64,000 nucleotides of DNA. It comes from the human T2T-CHM13v2.0 reference genome, Homo sapiens. Shown here in pieces: positions 1 to 13,600 of the stretch. Under the pieces are notes generated by a model that ran no database searches, was not told the origin of the DNA, and was given only the letters and a program-made list of their open reading frames with translations. Position 1 is the stretch's first letter. Each line of letters starts with the position of its first letter. The stretch lies in NCBI RefSeq assembly GCF_009914755.1, contig NC_060937.1, one strand, 5' to 3'. Made by a program: the position numbers and the translations under genes.

Positions 1-334
1 CTACCTCACCTTTTTTATGTGATGCTTTTGAATACACATTTATCTTTCTTAAAACAGTTAATATATGGTAAATGTAATTCTTGCTGTCTGTAAAGCATTT
101 GATGATGGAACTATACATTCCATGCCAAGTTCCATTTCCTCGACTCCTCCTACAACTGCAAAGCCTCCAATATGACGGGGGCGGGGAACCCCTATTAATC
201 CTTTTAAATTCCAGATCCCCTCTCTGATTTTTTTCCACATTGTCAGAGGGGATGTATGTATGTGTGTGTGCATACATGTGTATATACACACGTGAACATC
301 CTTCCACAGAGAAAAAGGTATTTATTTCTAAAAA

Positions 335-550
335 TATTTTTGAAGCACCTGCTAGTGCTAGGGACTGAGCCAGTGAAACAGCAGAGAGAGCTCAAACAAT
401 ACCACCTTGCCTGCCGGGGCTTTAGTGGAGTGGAGAGATGGACAGAAATCACAGGAAACAATGTAAACTTACGACTGTGAATGTGCTCTTATTGGGGAAT
501 GTGATCTGGTCAGCAAGTTCAGAGACAGTTTTCCTAAGCAAGTGACCTTA
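335..550 (-). mobile_element. L2 LINE 3' fragment
   Basis: Degenerate gcacc..gtgctaggg..cagtgaaacag..cctgcc..gcttta..agatggacag..gtgacctt pattern typical of the antisense L2 3' end. Confidence 0.55.
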
Positions 551-1689
551 GGCTAACCTTTTGAAAACATCATGCTATAAAAAATTTTTGTTTATTTTCT
601 TTCCAAAGAACTGAAAATATTTCTGCATATGCTTCGAACTCAACAAATTTACAAACATAATGAAATTTGTGCTGGTAATATATTAGGTAAAAGAACATGT
701 AGAAAAGGGCATCTGGAAGGAGATATAAATAATTATAATTTCTAAGGAAAGTTTTAGGCTTAGTTTTAAGTTAAATTTATGGACAGGAATGAGCAAGTGA
801 CTTCTAAAACTATTCCTTTTTCTTCATTATATTTTCCCTGGGTTTTTTTTTTTCTTTTCTTTCTTCCACAAAGTTTTTTCCATGATTTATCTGCTTACCA
901 TGTGGAAGCAGATTGGAATCTTCCACTAGTGAATGAACAGTGTGCTGGGACCAGATCCTCTGGGGGTTTGTGGGTCTGTACATTCAGTGACCTCACTATG
1001 GTAGCTTGAAATCTGCTTATGACAGTAGGATCTATACAACAGAAATTGGTAAACCCTGCAAATTCTCCTCCCCTCCCTGCACCAGCTTGTTTAGCAGCAC
1101 ATCCGTGCTTATGTCTGATACAGTACGTGGGATTTGGGCCTGCAAATAGATTTGGGAAAAAGAGTCCATAACACAGCTTCCCTCCATAGCTCCAAAGGAG
1201 CTATAAATGGAAACTAGAAAGCTTAAAATCAAGTTTTGGATTTTTTTTATTAATTAAGTTTTATGAGTTTTAAAATTTAGCCAATTATATCATTTATCTT
1301 TTAAGATAATAGCCACAACTCCTCCCCATGGATTAAGTGATGATTACTTTTTTAAATGATTGTCTTTTGCATGTAAATGTTTACTAGTTTCCAGTGTAAT
1401 CACAGGCAATATAAATTCGAAGGTATATTTTTAAACTGCACACTAATGACCTTTATCAATCAGTCTTTATTTTTTTCCTTATAATGAATTAAATGTTGTT
1501 GTGCTTTCAAAACCAATGTACTCATTGGTTTTTTCTAATATAAAAGTAATACTTGCTAAATACTTAAATATTATAGTGTAGTCAATATATAATAGTATAA
1601 AAAATAAAATTAAAATTACTGATAATCAAACAGCCCAGAGATAAGAATTTAAAATACTATACATTTTCAATGTATCTGTCTACATATAG

Positions 1690-2090
1690 GTAGATATATA
1701 ATTTTTATAGATCATAGTATAAAGATTATTTTGTAACCCACATTATTCACACAAAAATATAATATGAACATATTTCTATATCAATAAGTATTGATCTACA
1801 TTATTTCTTTTAGTAGCTACATAACAGTTCATTGTATGAATACCATATATTAATAATAACTAATCACCTACAGGTAAACATTTTTTGATATTTTCTCTAT
1901 TTTAAATACTGTATAATTTTGTAAATACTCTTTTGTATACTTGTTCATTTACCAGGATACATTTCTTAAGGTAGCATTGCTGGTATTGAGAATTCATGGT
2001 TTGTTTCATTTTGTTTTTGAGGCATCTATACAAATTGCTTCCAAATTTCCCTTCAGAAATTTTGTACTAATATGTAAAATAGCATATTGG
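1690..2090 (-). mobile_element. Old L1 (L1M/L1ME-like) 3' fragment
   Basis: AT-rich gctacataacagttcattgtatgaataccata..aggtaaacatt..ggatacatttctt..ggtagcattgctgg pattern of the antisense ancient L1 3' UTR. Confidence 0.5.
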
Positions 2091-2976
2091 ATTATTTATG
2101 TTATTGCTCCTTTGTCAATATAGGTATTATTATTCTTATTTATTTTTGTTAACCTGATTAACTGATCATCACACTGGTTTTAAAGAATCTAATTTTAAAA
2201 CTATTTCTTCGTGCTCTATAGCTTGTAAGCTTAAAATTGACTTCAGTATATTAAATGTTATTGTATTATTTTTCAATTTTGATTATTCCCTAAGAGAAAG
2301 GAACAAATACATGATTTGAAGTGTGCAAAATTTATGTAAAAATATGAGAATACAGTTTTACATGAAAGACCTGATAAAATATATATTATGCTATCTAGGA
2401 AGAGAAGCAATTATGAATATTCATTTACAGTTGGATATTTGAGATATTTCACATTCTTCACATCCATTCATGAGTGAATATTTGTTTTAGAGGAAACATT
2501 TTGGATTTTAAAACCAGAATGTGGAGTATCCCTTTGTAGAATGTTGCCAGCTAATTGAAGTTACAAACAACAAAACAACCAAAAACACTGCAATCCAAGC
2601 AAAGCGTATCTGAAGCAAAATTTGGCCTAAAGCCTGCCAGTTTACAAACTCTGCGTTTTGTGGCTTTCTTCCTATGTAATATAATACACATCTAACCAGT
2701 TCTTAACTAAAACTGTTTCTCTTCCTTTCCCTGAAACCTTAGTAACACCTACCTGTTTAGATTGAGCATGCCCAACTTGGAGGCTGCCACAGTTGAGACC
2801 GTTTTGTCTCATCTCACACCCATCCCACTTCACTCTTGGACTTCACTTGACTTTATCTGCAGTTGCTGTTTTTGAGTATGTAAAGATAAAAGATAAAAAT
2901 CTTTTCATTTACTTATTTTTCTTTTTTTCTGATATTGTTAATATTTAAGTATTTTATATTGTAGGTAGGAGGGAAC

Positions 2977-3254
2977 TTTTTTTTTCCTTTTTTGATACAC
3001 GGTCTCACTCTGTTGCTCAAGCTAGAGTGCACTGGCACAATTATGGCTCACTGTAGCCTTGACCTCCTGGGATCAATCATAGCTGGGATTATAGGCGTGC
3101 CCCCATGCCAGGCTAATTTTCTTATTTTTTTGTAGAGACAGAGGTCTTACTATGTTGTCCAGGCTAGTCTCGAACTCCTGGGCTCACCAAACAGTCCTCC
3201 CCGCTTGGCCTCCCAAAGTGCTGGGATTACAGGCGTGAGCCACTGTACCCAGCC
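2977..3254 (-). mobile_element. AluJ-type SINE with small internal deletion
   Basis: T-tract, ggtctcactctgttg..ggctcactgtagccttgacctcctggg; ends ggattacaggcgtgagccactgtacccagcc. Confidence 0.93.
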
Positions 3255-4401
3255 AATATGTTTTTCATGTTTAAATGCAATGTTGCTTATTTTTTGGTAT
3301 AAAATAAAAATGCTACGATTATCGGAACCTCATTTGTATCTCAGTAAATTACTGGCTTGTATTAATTTACTGCTTAAAGTAAATATTATAAAATATATAT
3401 TATTTTAAAGAATGTGGGCAGAAATCAGAATTCAAAATAACATTTTTAAAAGAGGCTATGCCATTAGCATACATACTGAGATATGCATTTATTTAAAACA
3501 TACCTATACTTGTTTGGAATCATGCTTACTATGTTCATATGAATCCAACATTGAGGTAAAAACTGGCTTTTTAAAAAAAATTAGTTGACAATAGACATAT
3601 AGAGTTTGAGTTTAGACCTATAAATAGCTAAGTATTATTTCAATGATACGTATTTGGCCTTTGACCTTTGTTGCTTAAAGACTAGCTCACGATGCTCCGC
3701 AGTTAATGTAAAACTTAGTTAAACCATGGCGACCTATTCCGGAGTATGAGAATTGGAAGTGAGAAATGGAAGTAAGAATTCTGAACTGGGAGTGTAATCA
3801 GCTGTCACTGTTTAAATAGTCCAGTTTTATTATTTCTCCTTCAACTCTTCATTTTTTCATGTAATGAGCGTAAATACGGACTTTTTAACTGTTATATTAG
3901 GGATACATCTATGCCTAAGCTGAAGCCTGAAGCTATATTTTAAATTTGTGATTCCATCTTAGAAGGAATAACCAGAGTACAATTTTGAAGAAATAGGTTA
4001 AAAATGCATTCCCTTAATAACTACAGTTTTCTCCTCGAAAAGGTTAATGTAGTAAAATAAATACTATGAGAGGTATCCATGAGTTTTAATATCTGGAAAT
4101 CTTTTGTGTGTGGGACATTTTAAAAGTTCTTTGTGTTTTAATGAATATTCAATTAATTGATTTTAAATTAATTAGATTTAAAGACAGAAAGCATTCTACT
4201 TTAGTCTGCATGTTCAACTTACAGATTTGATTTTACTCATAAATATTTTGCATATAAAAACACCATTTACTTTCAATTAATCTTCAATTCAAATTTAAAT
4301 AACTGATAGGTTTGAGAAATCAAATTCCTTTAATCACTTAACACCAGATCCATACTAATTCATCAGATTCTCTTATATATTTCCAACTTCATCTATTAAA
4401 T

Positions 4402-4712
4402 TTATTTATTTATTTTATTTTTTGAGACATGTTCTCACTCTGTCACCTGAGCTGGAGTGTGGTGGCACGATCTTAGCTTACTGCAGCCTTAAACTCCTGG
4501 GCACAAGTGATCCTCCAGCCTCAGCCTTCAGAGTAGCTGGGACTACAGGCACGTGCCAGCACACTCAGCTAATATATATATATTTTATTTTTGTAGAGAA
4601 TAGGTCTGGCTTTGTTGCCCAGGCTAGTCTTGAACTCGTGGCCTCAAGTGATCCTCCTGCCTTGGCCTCTCATAGAACTGAGATTACAAGCGTGAGCCAC
4701 CTCAACCAGACC
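4402..4712 (-). mobile_element. AluJ-type SINE with 12-bp TSD
   Basis: Full dimeric Alu; flanked by catctattaaat (4390-4401) and catccattaaat (4713-4724). Confidence 0.93.
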
Positions 4713-5379
4713 CATCCATTAAATGTATAAATCTGATTTGTTACTATTTACGGCAGTAGTTTAAATACTTAGAAATTTTTTTTTAGGTTTATAAGTCTGC
4801 CTTATGTTTTTTAAGTGTTTGAGAAATCAAATGTATTGATTCAGCAAGAGTAATTTGAAATTCTTACAAAGAACTGTGATAGCAAAATGCTATAGTTGAA
4901 ACAGCCCAGGGGTCAGGTGGGTTCGTGTTCTGTCCATCCCTCACTCATTCCCAACAACACAGTCAAAAGATAAATCCTAAGTAAATTACCCCACAAATTT
5001 TTGAGTTAGAATTTGTGATAAATTATTTCATTGCAATTTTTCAAAATAAATAAAGCCTCAACATGATTTGTCACAAGTCATAGAGCCAGTTAGAAGAACT
5101 CAACCTAGGGCTCGTTTGATTCCTAGGTCCATGTTCTTAACTCCAAACCATTTCTCAAATTACAGAACCATTGCCATAGAGTTTGAAGGTATTTTCTAAG
5201 TCATCTGGTCTAATTCTACATTATAGGACTCCTTTCTTGAACATCCCTTTTAATATCCATCCATTTTGAATGTTTATAGCAATAAGGACCTCCTGTTAAT
5301 TTTTCCCCTTCTGGCTACTGTCCCCCTTGTCCCCCTTAAAGCTATCTCCAATGACTTCTTTCTTTCTTTGTCTTAAAAC

Positions 5380-6090
5380 CACTTAACATAGGCTTTGCTT
5401 CCAACACTTCTCTGAAAATGCTTTTGTTAAGGTCACCAATGACCTCCCTTTTACAAAATCCATAGGCCAATCTCTATTCTATTTACATAATTTATCATAC
5501 CCTCATCCTGAATTGAAACTGACCTTCCCTTCCAGGATGCCCTACTCCTGTTCTACCTCACTCGCTTCTCCTTTTCAGTCTTCTTTGCCAAAATTCTCTC
5601 CTTTTCTTCAACCACCTAATGTTGGAGTGTCCCAAAGCTCAGTTCTTGGACCTTTTTTTTTCTTTTTACAATTACTCTCCTGGTAATCTTATGGCTTAAA
5701 TATCCTCCATATACTGAAAACTCCAAAATTTCTATTTCTAGCCTGACTCTCTTTCTTGAACTTCAGGCTCTTATATTCAAATGCCTACCTGGCATTTCTG
5801 CTTGAGAGTCCAATAGATAAACCAAACTTACTTTGTCTAGTTTTGAACTCCTATTTTCTTTTCCACTGCCCTTCCCAATTCCCAAAATATTGCTGTACCT
5901 ACAGTCTTTCTTATCACAGTTCCTTTCAGCTCTTTCAATCCAGTTGTTCGAGCCAAAACCTTGGAGCTAATTTGACTTCTCTCTTTCTCTCACACTCAAC
6001 ATATACAGTCTCTTAGCAAGTCACATTATCTCTACTTCAAAATATATCCAGAATTTAACTTGTCACCATCTCCATGGCTACCATGTAGAT
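5380..6090 (+). mobile_element. L2 LINE fragment
   Basis: tctgaaaatgcttttgttaaggtcaccaatgacctcc..tctagcctgactctc..ttcaaatgcctacctggcatttc..aaaaccttggag..cttcaaaatatatccagaat, all classic L2 segments. Confidence 0.8.
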
Positions 6091-6379
6091 AAGCCTCTTC
6101 TGGGTATTCTTTAATTTTGAATGCACCCCGTACAATGAAATACTCAGAAATGGCCTGATTGAACGTGTTGCAATGGAATTGCTCTATCCCTTTTCCATCA
6201 TCATAATTCATTCTAGGATTGTAAGGATCATTTTAGTAGTCATGTCATGGTGTTGACTGGAGTCAACCAAAGTTCCAGTATTTCTTTTATATTAATTGCT
6301 GCTAGATAGGTATCACCATCTAAAATAATTAAGTGACTATCACTTGTGGAGCACCTACATATGCAACTTTGTTTCATTA

Positions 6380-6525
6380 TTACCCTTAAAGATAGGAATT
6401 ATTATCTCAATTGGTAGATGAAGAAATAGAGACTCAGAAAAGCTAAGTAATTTGCTTAAGATCACAGGGCTAGAAATTGGTAGAAACGGTAGTAGAATCC
6501 AGACCTGTTTCACTTTAAAGCCAAT
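6380..6525 (-). mobile_element. MIR SINE
   Basis: attattatctcaattggtagatgaagaaatagagactcagaaaagctaagtaatttgcttaagatcacag MIR core. Confidence 0.75.
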
Positions 6526-6539
6526 CCTTGGACCATCAC

Positions 6540-8240
6540 ATATGAAGGGCTGCAGATGAGAAAGAACATGATACACTCAAGGATTTGAAAAACATGCAAT
6601 ATATTGGGAAAGTATAAGGGACAGAATGCTGGCAAGAATCAGACCAGAGAGGGAAGTGCTCAGTTTTGAGGGATATTATAAGCCATATTTGAGGAGTTTA
6701 CATTTTACTGACAAACATTGGGAAGGTACTATTAAGGTATTTCAAGCAGATTTACTTTTCTAATTAATGATTACTCTAATGTTAGCATGAAGAATGAATT
6801 GGATGACAACAATGCTGAGTTTTAATGGCCTAAACTAGAGTAGTAGCAGTGAAAAAAACAGAAATTGATAGATCAGGTGGATTTCAGGAGTAAAGTGGAT
6901 AACATTTGTGAACTGACTGGATGTGGGAGGTGAGAGAGAGGATGACTGCCAGGTTTCTGGCTGAGTGGTTGATAACATTCATTCAGAATGACCATTGGAG
7001 GAAAGGAAGGTAGTGCTGGAATGGGTATAGGAGATGTGATAACTTTACTTTTGGAAATAGTAAAAGGAATCTAGGAGACATTTCAGTGGTAATACCCAGA
7101 TGACATCTGATCTAGGATCTAGGGGAGTGGAGGTCTCAGCTGCAGGTAAATCTGTGAGGTAAATCTGTGAGACATCAGAACATGGGTGGTAACTGAAGTC
7201 ACAGAACTGGATGAGTTGAATGGCGGATTGTTTGGAGATTCCATGGCTAAACTGGGGCTCCAATATCAGAGTGTCTAGCAATCATGCCCTAATGGGAAAG
7301 GAAGGGGAGCTGGACATGAGTGTCTACTGTGTGCCTTTCAATGGATATGCCTTTTACCTGCAGATGGCCTGATGCCTTATTGTCCAGCCCTGACCAGGAG
7401 TCCCTCCCATGGGTAACTGTTTATAATGGCGGATGCCATTGTGTCTCTTGTCTGACCTGTGTCTGGCGTATGCCTGCCTGACCGTGGCTATGGTTCTGCA
7501 AACCCAACCTTGTGGTTCCCCCTTGCATCCTAGGGAAAAGCCAGCTGGTAGCTGGCTGGTAGCTGGTTCTTCTAATGAAAGGCACAAATTCGATACACCG
7601 CCACAACAGGAAATAAGTTCAGAAAGCTGTTACTTATAGATCCTGGGCAGGGAAGGCACCATGAGTCAGGAGGGAAGTTCTCTGTCCCAGGTCATGTGAG
7701 GCAGGTGTGTAGAGTCAGAGAGAGAGAGAGAGAGAGTGAGCGAGTGAGTGCTTGCATGGAAACTAGCAGTATATGTAAGGGAATGGGGGCAGGAGAGTCA
7801 CTTTAAGTTCGTGGGCAAATGTATGAATGGTCCATTTGAAGGAAATGGCAAAAAAGCTAAGAGCCCAGTCTGCTAGGCCAGAGAGAGGCCTCTAAGTTTT
7901 TGTATTTGGCCACCGGCTTAAGCCATTTGTGGTGTTCTACTTCTAGTACCTAGGCAGCAACCTTTGCTGTGTTGTTTCCATTACAAAGATGCCAGTCTTT
8001 TAAAGATAGGAAGGAGTTGTTTGCAAATGGCATTTAAAGAATAGATAGAGAGTTAGTGGGAAAAAATTAGGAGAGTGGTAGTGGAAGTCAAGAAAAGCGT
8101 TTCAAGAAGGATGGACTGACCGGCGAACAGTGCCAAATCTGAAGGGGTCAGCTAGATAGGGACTGAAAATAGCCATTGAATTGAATAAGGCGACAGTCAC
8201 TATGAAAAGGGTTGTTTCAGCAGATTGTCAAGGGCTTAAG
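6540..8240 (-). mobile_element. L2 LINE fragment interrupted by an LTR
   Basis: gactggatgtgggaggtgagagagaggatgactgccaggtttctggctgag etc.; L2-like sequence resumes after 7985. Confidence 0.65.
7328..7985 (-). mobile_element. Solo LTR, ERVL-like (MER54/MER74-like; family uncertain)
   Basis: GC-richer insert in L2 bounded by tg..ca termini (minus strand starts TGTAATGG); contains a (GA)n tract near 7718-7748. Confidence 0.55.
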
Positions 8241-9029
8241 GATATTAAGTATTTTTCATTTTTCAAGCTAAAAGGGGAGCTCATTTCAGTTTATTAAATT
8301 TCATCTTGCAGACTTCAAGCTAACTTCTACTTCATGATTTTGAATGTCAATAGATCTGATCTGAATATGAAATTCTGAGGAAGATTTTTCCTTATAGCCA
8401 CTAACTGTTTATTAATTATTCTCAACATACTTTTGAAAACATTTGAAATGGGTTTGTATCAGAGGTGACTCCAGAATTTCTGTGTAGAGGAGATTAAGAC
8501 TGTGAGCGTTTGAATGGAGAATTGAAAGAACAATCCATGGAACTTGTGTGTTTCCATGGCCTATATTACAAATCAAGAAAAACAGTGAGGTGTTCTAGAG
8601 AGGTTTTTATTCACAACTTAAATAAGTTTAAGGAAGGACACATGCAGCCTCGTACAACCGCTCTTTCTTCTGTCATTCTTGACATAGTTTTGCATTTTTG
8701 TAGCATCCATGACATGAAAATAATATTAAATACCTTAGTGTCCATTTATATTTTGACTTAATTTTTCAGCTCTGTTGTTCTGACCTATCTGGGTAAAAGT
8801 AATCTGCCTTGTGTTGTAAGTGTTAACACTAAGGGCCTGCCATGCACCAGCCACCTCGCTGGGATGTGTGAGGATGATGTTTAGATAGTTCTTGCACCAG
8901 ATTTTTTACAGTATTACACGTTACTGTCTGTTTTTTGACTCAGAAAAATAAAATCAACTTGCAAAGGAATAAAAAAGAAGGAAGAAAGGGAAAGCAAGGT
9001 GGGAAAGAAGGTAAAAGAGGGAAGAAGGA

Positions 9030-9250
9030 AGTATTTACTGAGCATCTGACTAGGTACCAAACATTATGCTAGAAACTTTCATGTATAGTATCTCATTTAG
9101 TCCTTACAATTTTGTTAGGCACTCATTTTACAGTGGAGAAAACTAGAGTTTGAGAAAGTCCAGTAAGATTTATTAACTTATCTAAAAGCTATGTAGGAAG
9201 TAAGAAATAAAGCTGAGATCTTATTAATGTCCAGAATGCTTGCCACCACA
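9030..9250 (-). mobile_element. MIR SINE
   Basis: tatttactgagcatct..tctcatttagtccttacaa..cattttacagtggagaaaactagag. Confidence 0.7.
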
Positions 9251-11345
9251 CATCATGCCATCTTACCTGGAAAATTCATTTTCCTCATTTTAATATTTTA
9301 GTCATATTATGACTTCTTAATGGATTTTCAGATAACATAATAATAAGTAGAAAACATGAAAATAATAAAATATGGTGGATTATAAGTACATCATTCAAGT
9401 TTGCTATTGAAGGAAATGTATGTTTCTTTTAAAATAATGTGATCCATTTAAATATCAGCAATCCCAAGTAAAAACTCAAATAAATACTCAAGTAAAAGCT
9501 TGGGCTATTCCTGAAAATCATTGTTAGTTTTGAGATATATTTATTCACATAGTCAACCTGCAATTGTCAAGCAATACAGCACAGGAAGCATTGTTCAAGT
9601 TGCTGTGGAATACCTATGCTATTCTCTGCTTACAATGACTGGACTTTAAAGAATTTTTAACCACATAAGGACTTTTAAAATAATGTATTTATTGGTGATT
9701 ATCAATATATAACAGTATGTTGCATATATAACATACAACTCAGAACACGTAAGTACTTTAAAGTTGACTTAAACCTACAATGAAATATTAAGTACAGAAC
9801 CTATTACAGATTTTTCGAGCAAGGAACCCATTTGACAAAGAAAGAAAAAATAATCACTAGCATAATTATTACTGGATTTGTTATCCACACATCCAGTATC
9901 TCTCAACCCTCATCAGGTGTTGATTGCAATGTATATTTTTACTCTAAAGTATTCTATGCAAGTAGATATCTCTCTATATATGCAGTTAGCAAAGATAGTC
10001 AAATATACTGCTATTAGTAAGGCAGCATTACACTGTATCATATTACCTATGTTAATACACTCTTCAAAGAAGTTATATAATGTTTTAATTTTTTAACTTC
10101 TACAAATATTTTTTAAATTATCCCATATCTTGTTATTTGTAATATAAGAAGTTAGGTATTGTGTATTGTTAATATAGCAGTTACCTCATTTATTTACCTG
10201 AGAGTACTGTTTGCAAATAATTAGGAGAATGACAAAAAAGTATGGTTGGAAATTGTATTATCTGTCAGTACCTCTACTGAAAGTTGTTTTTAATGTCCAG
10301 TGGAGATGTTTTGATATTTATAATTGACTCTACTTTGTTTGCTTAAAGTATGTTTTGACTAAGCTATGCAGTGACTATTTGAAGATAGATATTCTATTCA
10401 GGAATTTTTAAAACCTCAATGTCTAAAAGAACTCATCAAACTCACCCGTCTTGAACTGTCAGTGAAAGCACATGCTTTTAATTTCTAACACACATTAGTT
10501 GTGTTTGCACTACAGGTACACAACAGGAAGTAAAATCGTGAACCCATAGCTTCCCAGTATCAATTAAAATCTTGGCTGCATGAAACAGTATTTTTTGAGG
10601 ATTACCTGATGGTTGAAGGGTTCATTCATTCCTAAATATTCTGTATCCTGGGATTAAACCTGAATAGCAGAAACTGTCAACCTGGACTTTCATGTTGGCC
10701 CCTGTTCTGGTTAAAATCTTTGGTTGCATGGAATAGGCTTCATTCAAGTTACCTCAAGCAATAGATGCTATAGGTATATATGGTCTGGAATTTAAAAATG
10801 GAATAGCTGAGTCAGCTTTAGGGACCAACTGCTCTGTTTGTCTTTCATAAACCATTTGGTCTGCTAATCTCTGAGCGTTCTTTTCTTCTTCTCAACAGAT
10901 AATCTTCCTGTGCTTACTCAAACAGCTTTGGTTCCTTGTACTTTCAGCTTGCCTGAGTCTTATCTTGGCTCCCTGGCCTCTCAGTACATTGTGATATTTC
11001 AGCTTCAGTTCCTACTGCCACACAGTTCTTTCTGCATTTCCTTTTTCTAGCTCTCTACAGAAAGAATCTGACTCATTCTACTCCTATTTTTTAGTCAGGC
11101 CAAACCACGGACTATTGGCAAACCTCTGGATTAGCTGTCGTTGATTCAGCCTAGAGGAGGTACCTTGCGGTCCTCATAGGTCGACCTCCTTCCACAAAAA
11201 CTGTGGCTGAGCCCATTTCTCTCAGAAGGCAGCTGCAGGCTGTCTTGTACTACCTCATGGTAGGATTGATTTTTCTAAGTTGTGCTTTGGGAAATATTGT
11301 AAGCCTTGAAACTCAGTGTAAGGTTATTGTTGAAGACATTATTGA

Positions 11346-12004
<659 letters not shown>

Positions 12005-12519
12005 TGAGGTATAGATGTAAAGTATATAAATTATAACACATTCAGGAACATGTTCATGTTTCCAGCTAGTTTTTAGTTAAATGTGAGCAAATTTTAAAGA
12101 AATGGACAAAGTATTGGAAAATAATAGTATGTGACATTTTTCTGTATTTAAGTAATTTTAAATCATCCAGCTACTTTTTTAAAAAAACCTAAAATTCCCA
12201 TTGGGTTTAGAACTATCTTTCAAATATAATTTGAGATTAGAAAATCTATTTTATTACACATTAATCATTTTTTGTCATAACTATTTGTAACATATTCTTT
12301 GTCATGGAGAAGGTAGTAGAAGTGTAATAAAATTAATATACATTTTAAATTATTTCTACATAAACCCGTTTCTAAAACAGCAGCCTCTAGCCCTCCAACA
12401 ATAACATACTCCTAAAATTATTTTTCCCCAGACTCTACTTCTTGGCTACTCCTTTAGAAAAAAAAAAAAGAAACTGACATCAATTTTATATAAAAGAAGC
12501 CCTTGAGGTGGAAAGTTGG

Positions 12520-12860
12520 GAAGACTGCATGAGTTTATAGCGGACAAAATGTCGCTTACATTTTGCTGCTCAGTAGTTTGATATACTCATTTGCTGATGT
12601 GAAATGACGAGGGCTTACAAAACAGGGTTTTGTTTTTTAGCTGCCTGTAGACCTAGTGGGGCCTAACAGAACCCAGTCAGCAGGTCATTAACTCTGGAGA
12701 AAACAGCTTGCATTAATATGCTCTAATCCGGTATAATTAGTCAAATTACTGCACGCCGACCAGCTTGTCATGTGTTGTCAGACTTGGCATGTACGCTGGG
12801 TTGCCTGGGTCCCTCTGGAATGCCACCCTCAATCAGAAAAAACTGCTCATTTGTAGTGGG
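12520..12860. promoter_or_regulatory. Candidate conserved non-coding enhancer
   Basis: Repeat-free with retained CpGs; TAATCC (12724-12729), TAATTA (12734-12739), two TGTCA and TTGGCA motifs. Conservation is inferred, not measured. Confidence 0.5.
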
Positions 12861-13169
12861 TCTTGAACTCTTGATGCAAAAGCCTACTAAAATAGTGGTC
12901 ATAGAGGAATTTTTATTAATTTTTGAGAAAAAAATATTTTCATCAAAAATAATTTAGTACTTTGGTGATTGAAATGGAATCTGTTCATTTTTGCTGTTTT
13001 CTGTACCATATCTATGTAATACTCCAAGAAAAATTAACATTAGTGCAAACAAAAAAGAGGTCGAAAATAAATAATTACCGGTTGATCATTTATCATTCCA
13101 ATATATGGCAGTGTGCATTTGTAGGTGTTTGTGTATGTGTGGGTCTTTTTCCAGTAGGGTAAGAGGTTA

Positions 13170-13600
13170 TTAAACTCTAAAAGGGCTACATTAGCATAAA
13201 TTTACAAGAGCTCTTGTTCTGGCGGCATGACAAAAACCTGTGTTACCTTTGCATTAACACTGAATTGCTTGTTGTGCTTTTGGCAATGACAGATAAGTCC
13301 GTGTAATTCCCCATTGCAACAGAAATGATGCTCCAGATTCCAAACGCATCCTGAAGATGTCACTGACAATAATCTTCAAAGAACGGGCAGTGAAAGTGGG
13401 CTGTATGTTTGTAGGATGATATACTGCAAATGACAGGAAGAATTATGTGAGTGAAGACGAATCTGTAACATATTATTAAGCAATTTCACGAGAATAACAG
13501 GGATAAAAGGATAATGGATGAGGGTGTCATTATTACCTTCATGTAGAGGGAAAGCAAAAGCAAAGGTAGAGAGACAAGATTAATTGAGGAAGGGTGAAGC
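13170..13600. promoter_or_regulatory. Candidate enhancer with TALE (Meis/TGIF) motif cluster
   Basis: Six TGACA/TGTCA sites in about 300 bp (13228, 13287, 13358, 13364, 13431, 13525); repeat-free. Confidence 0.45.

Noticed and set aside
58-291. 77-aa minus-strand ORF, and a 36-aa plus-strand ORF (65-175) after an acceptor-like cag at 55-57
   Set aside because: No recognisable homology; the minus-strand ORF begins in (TG/CA) low-complexity sequence; no convincing donor site.
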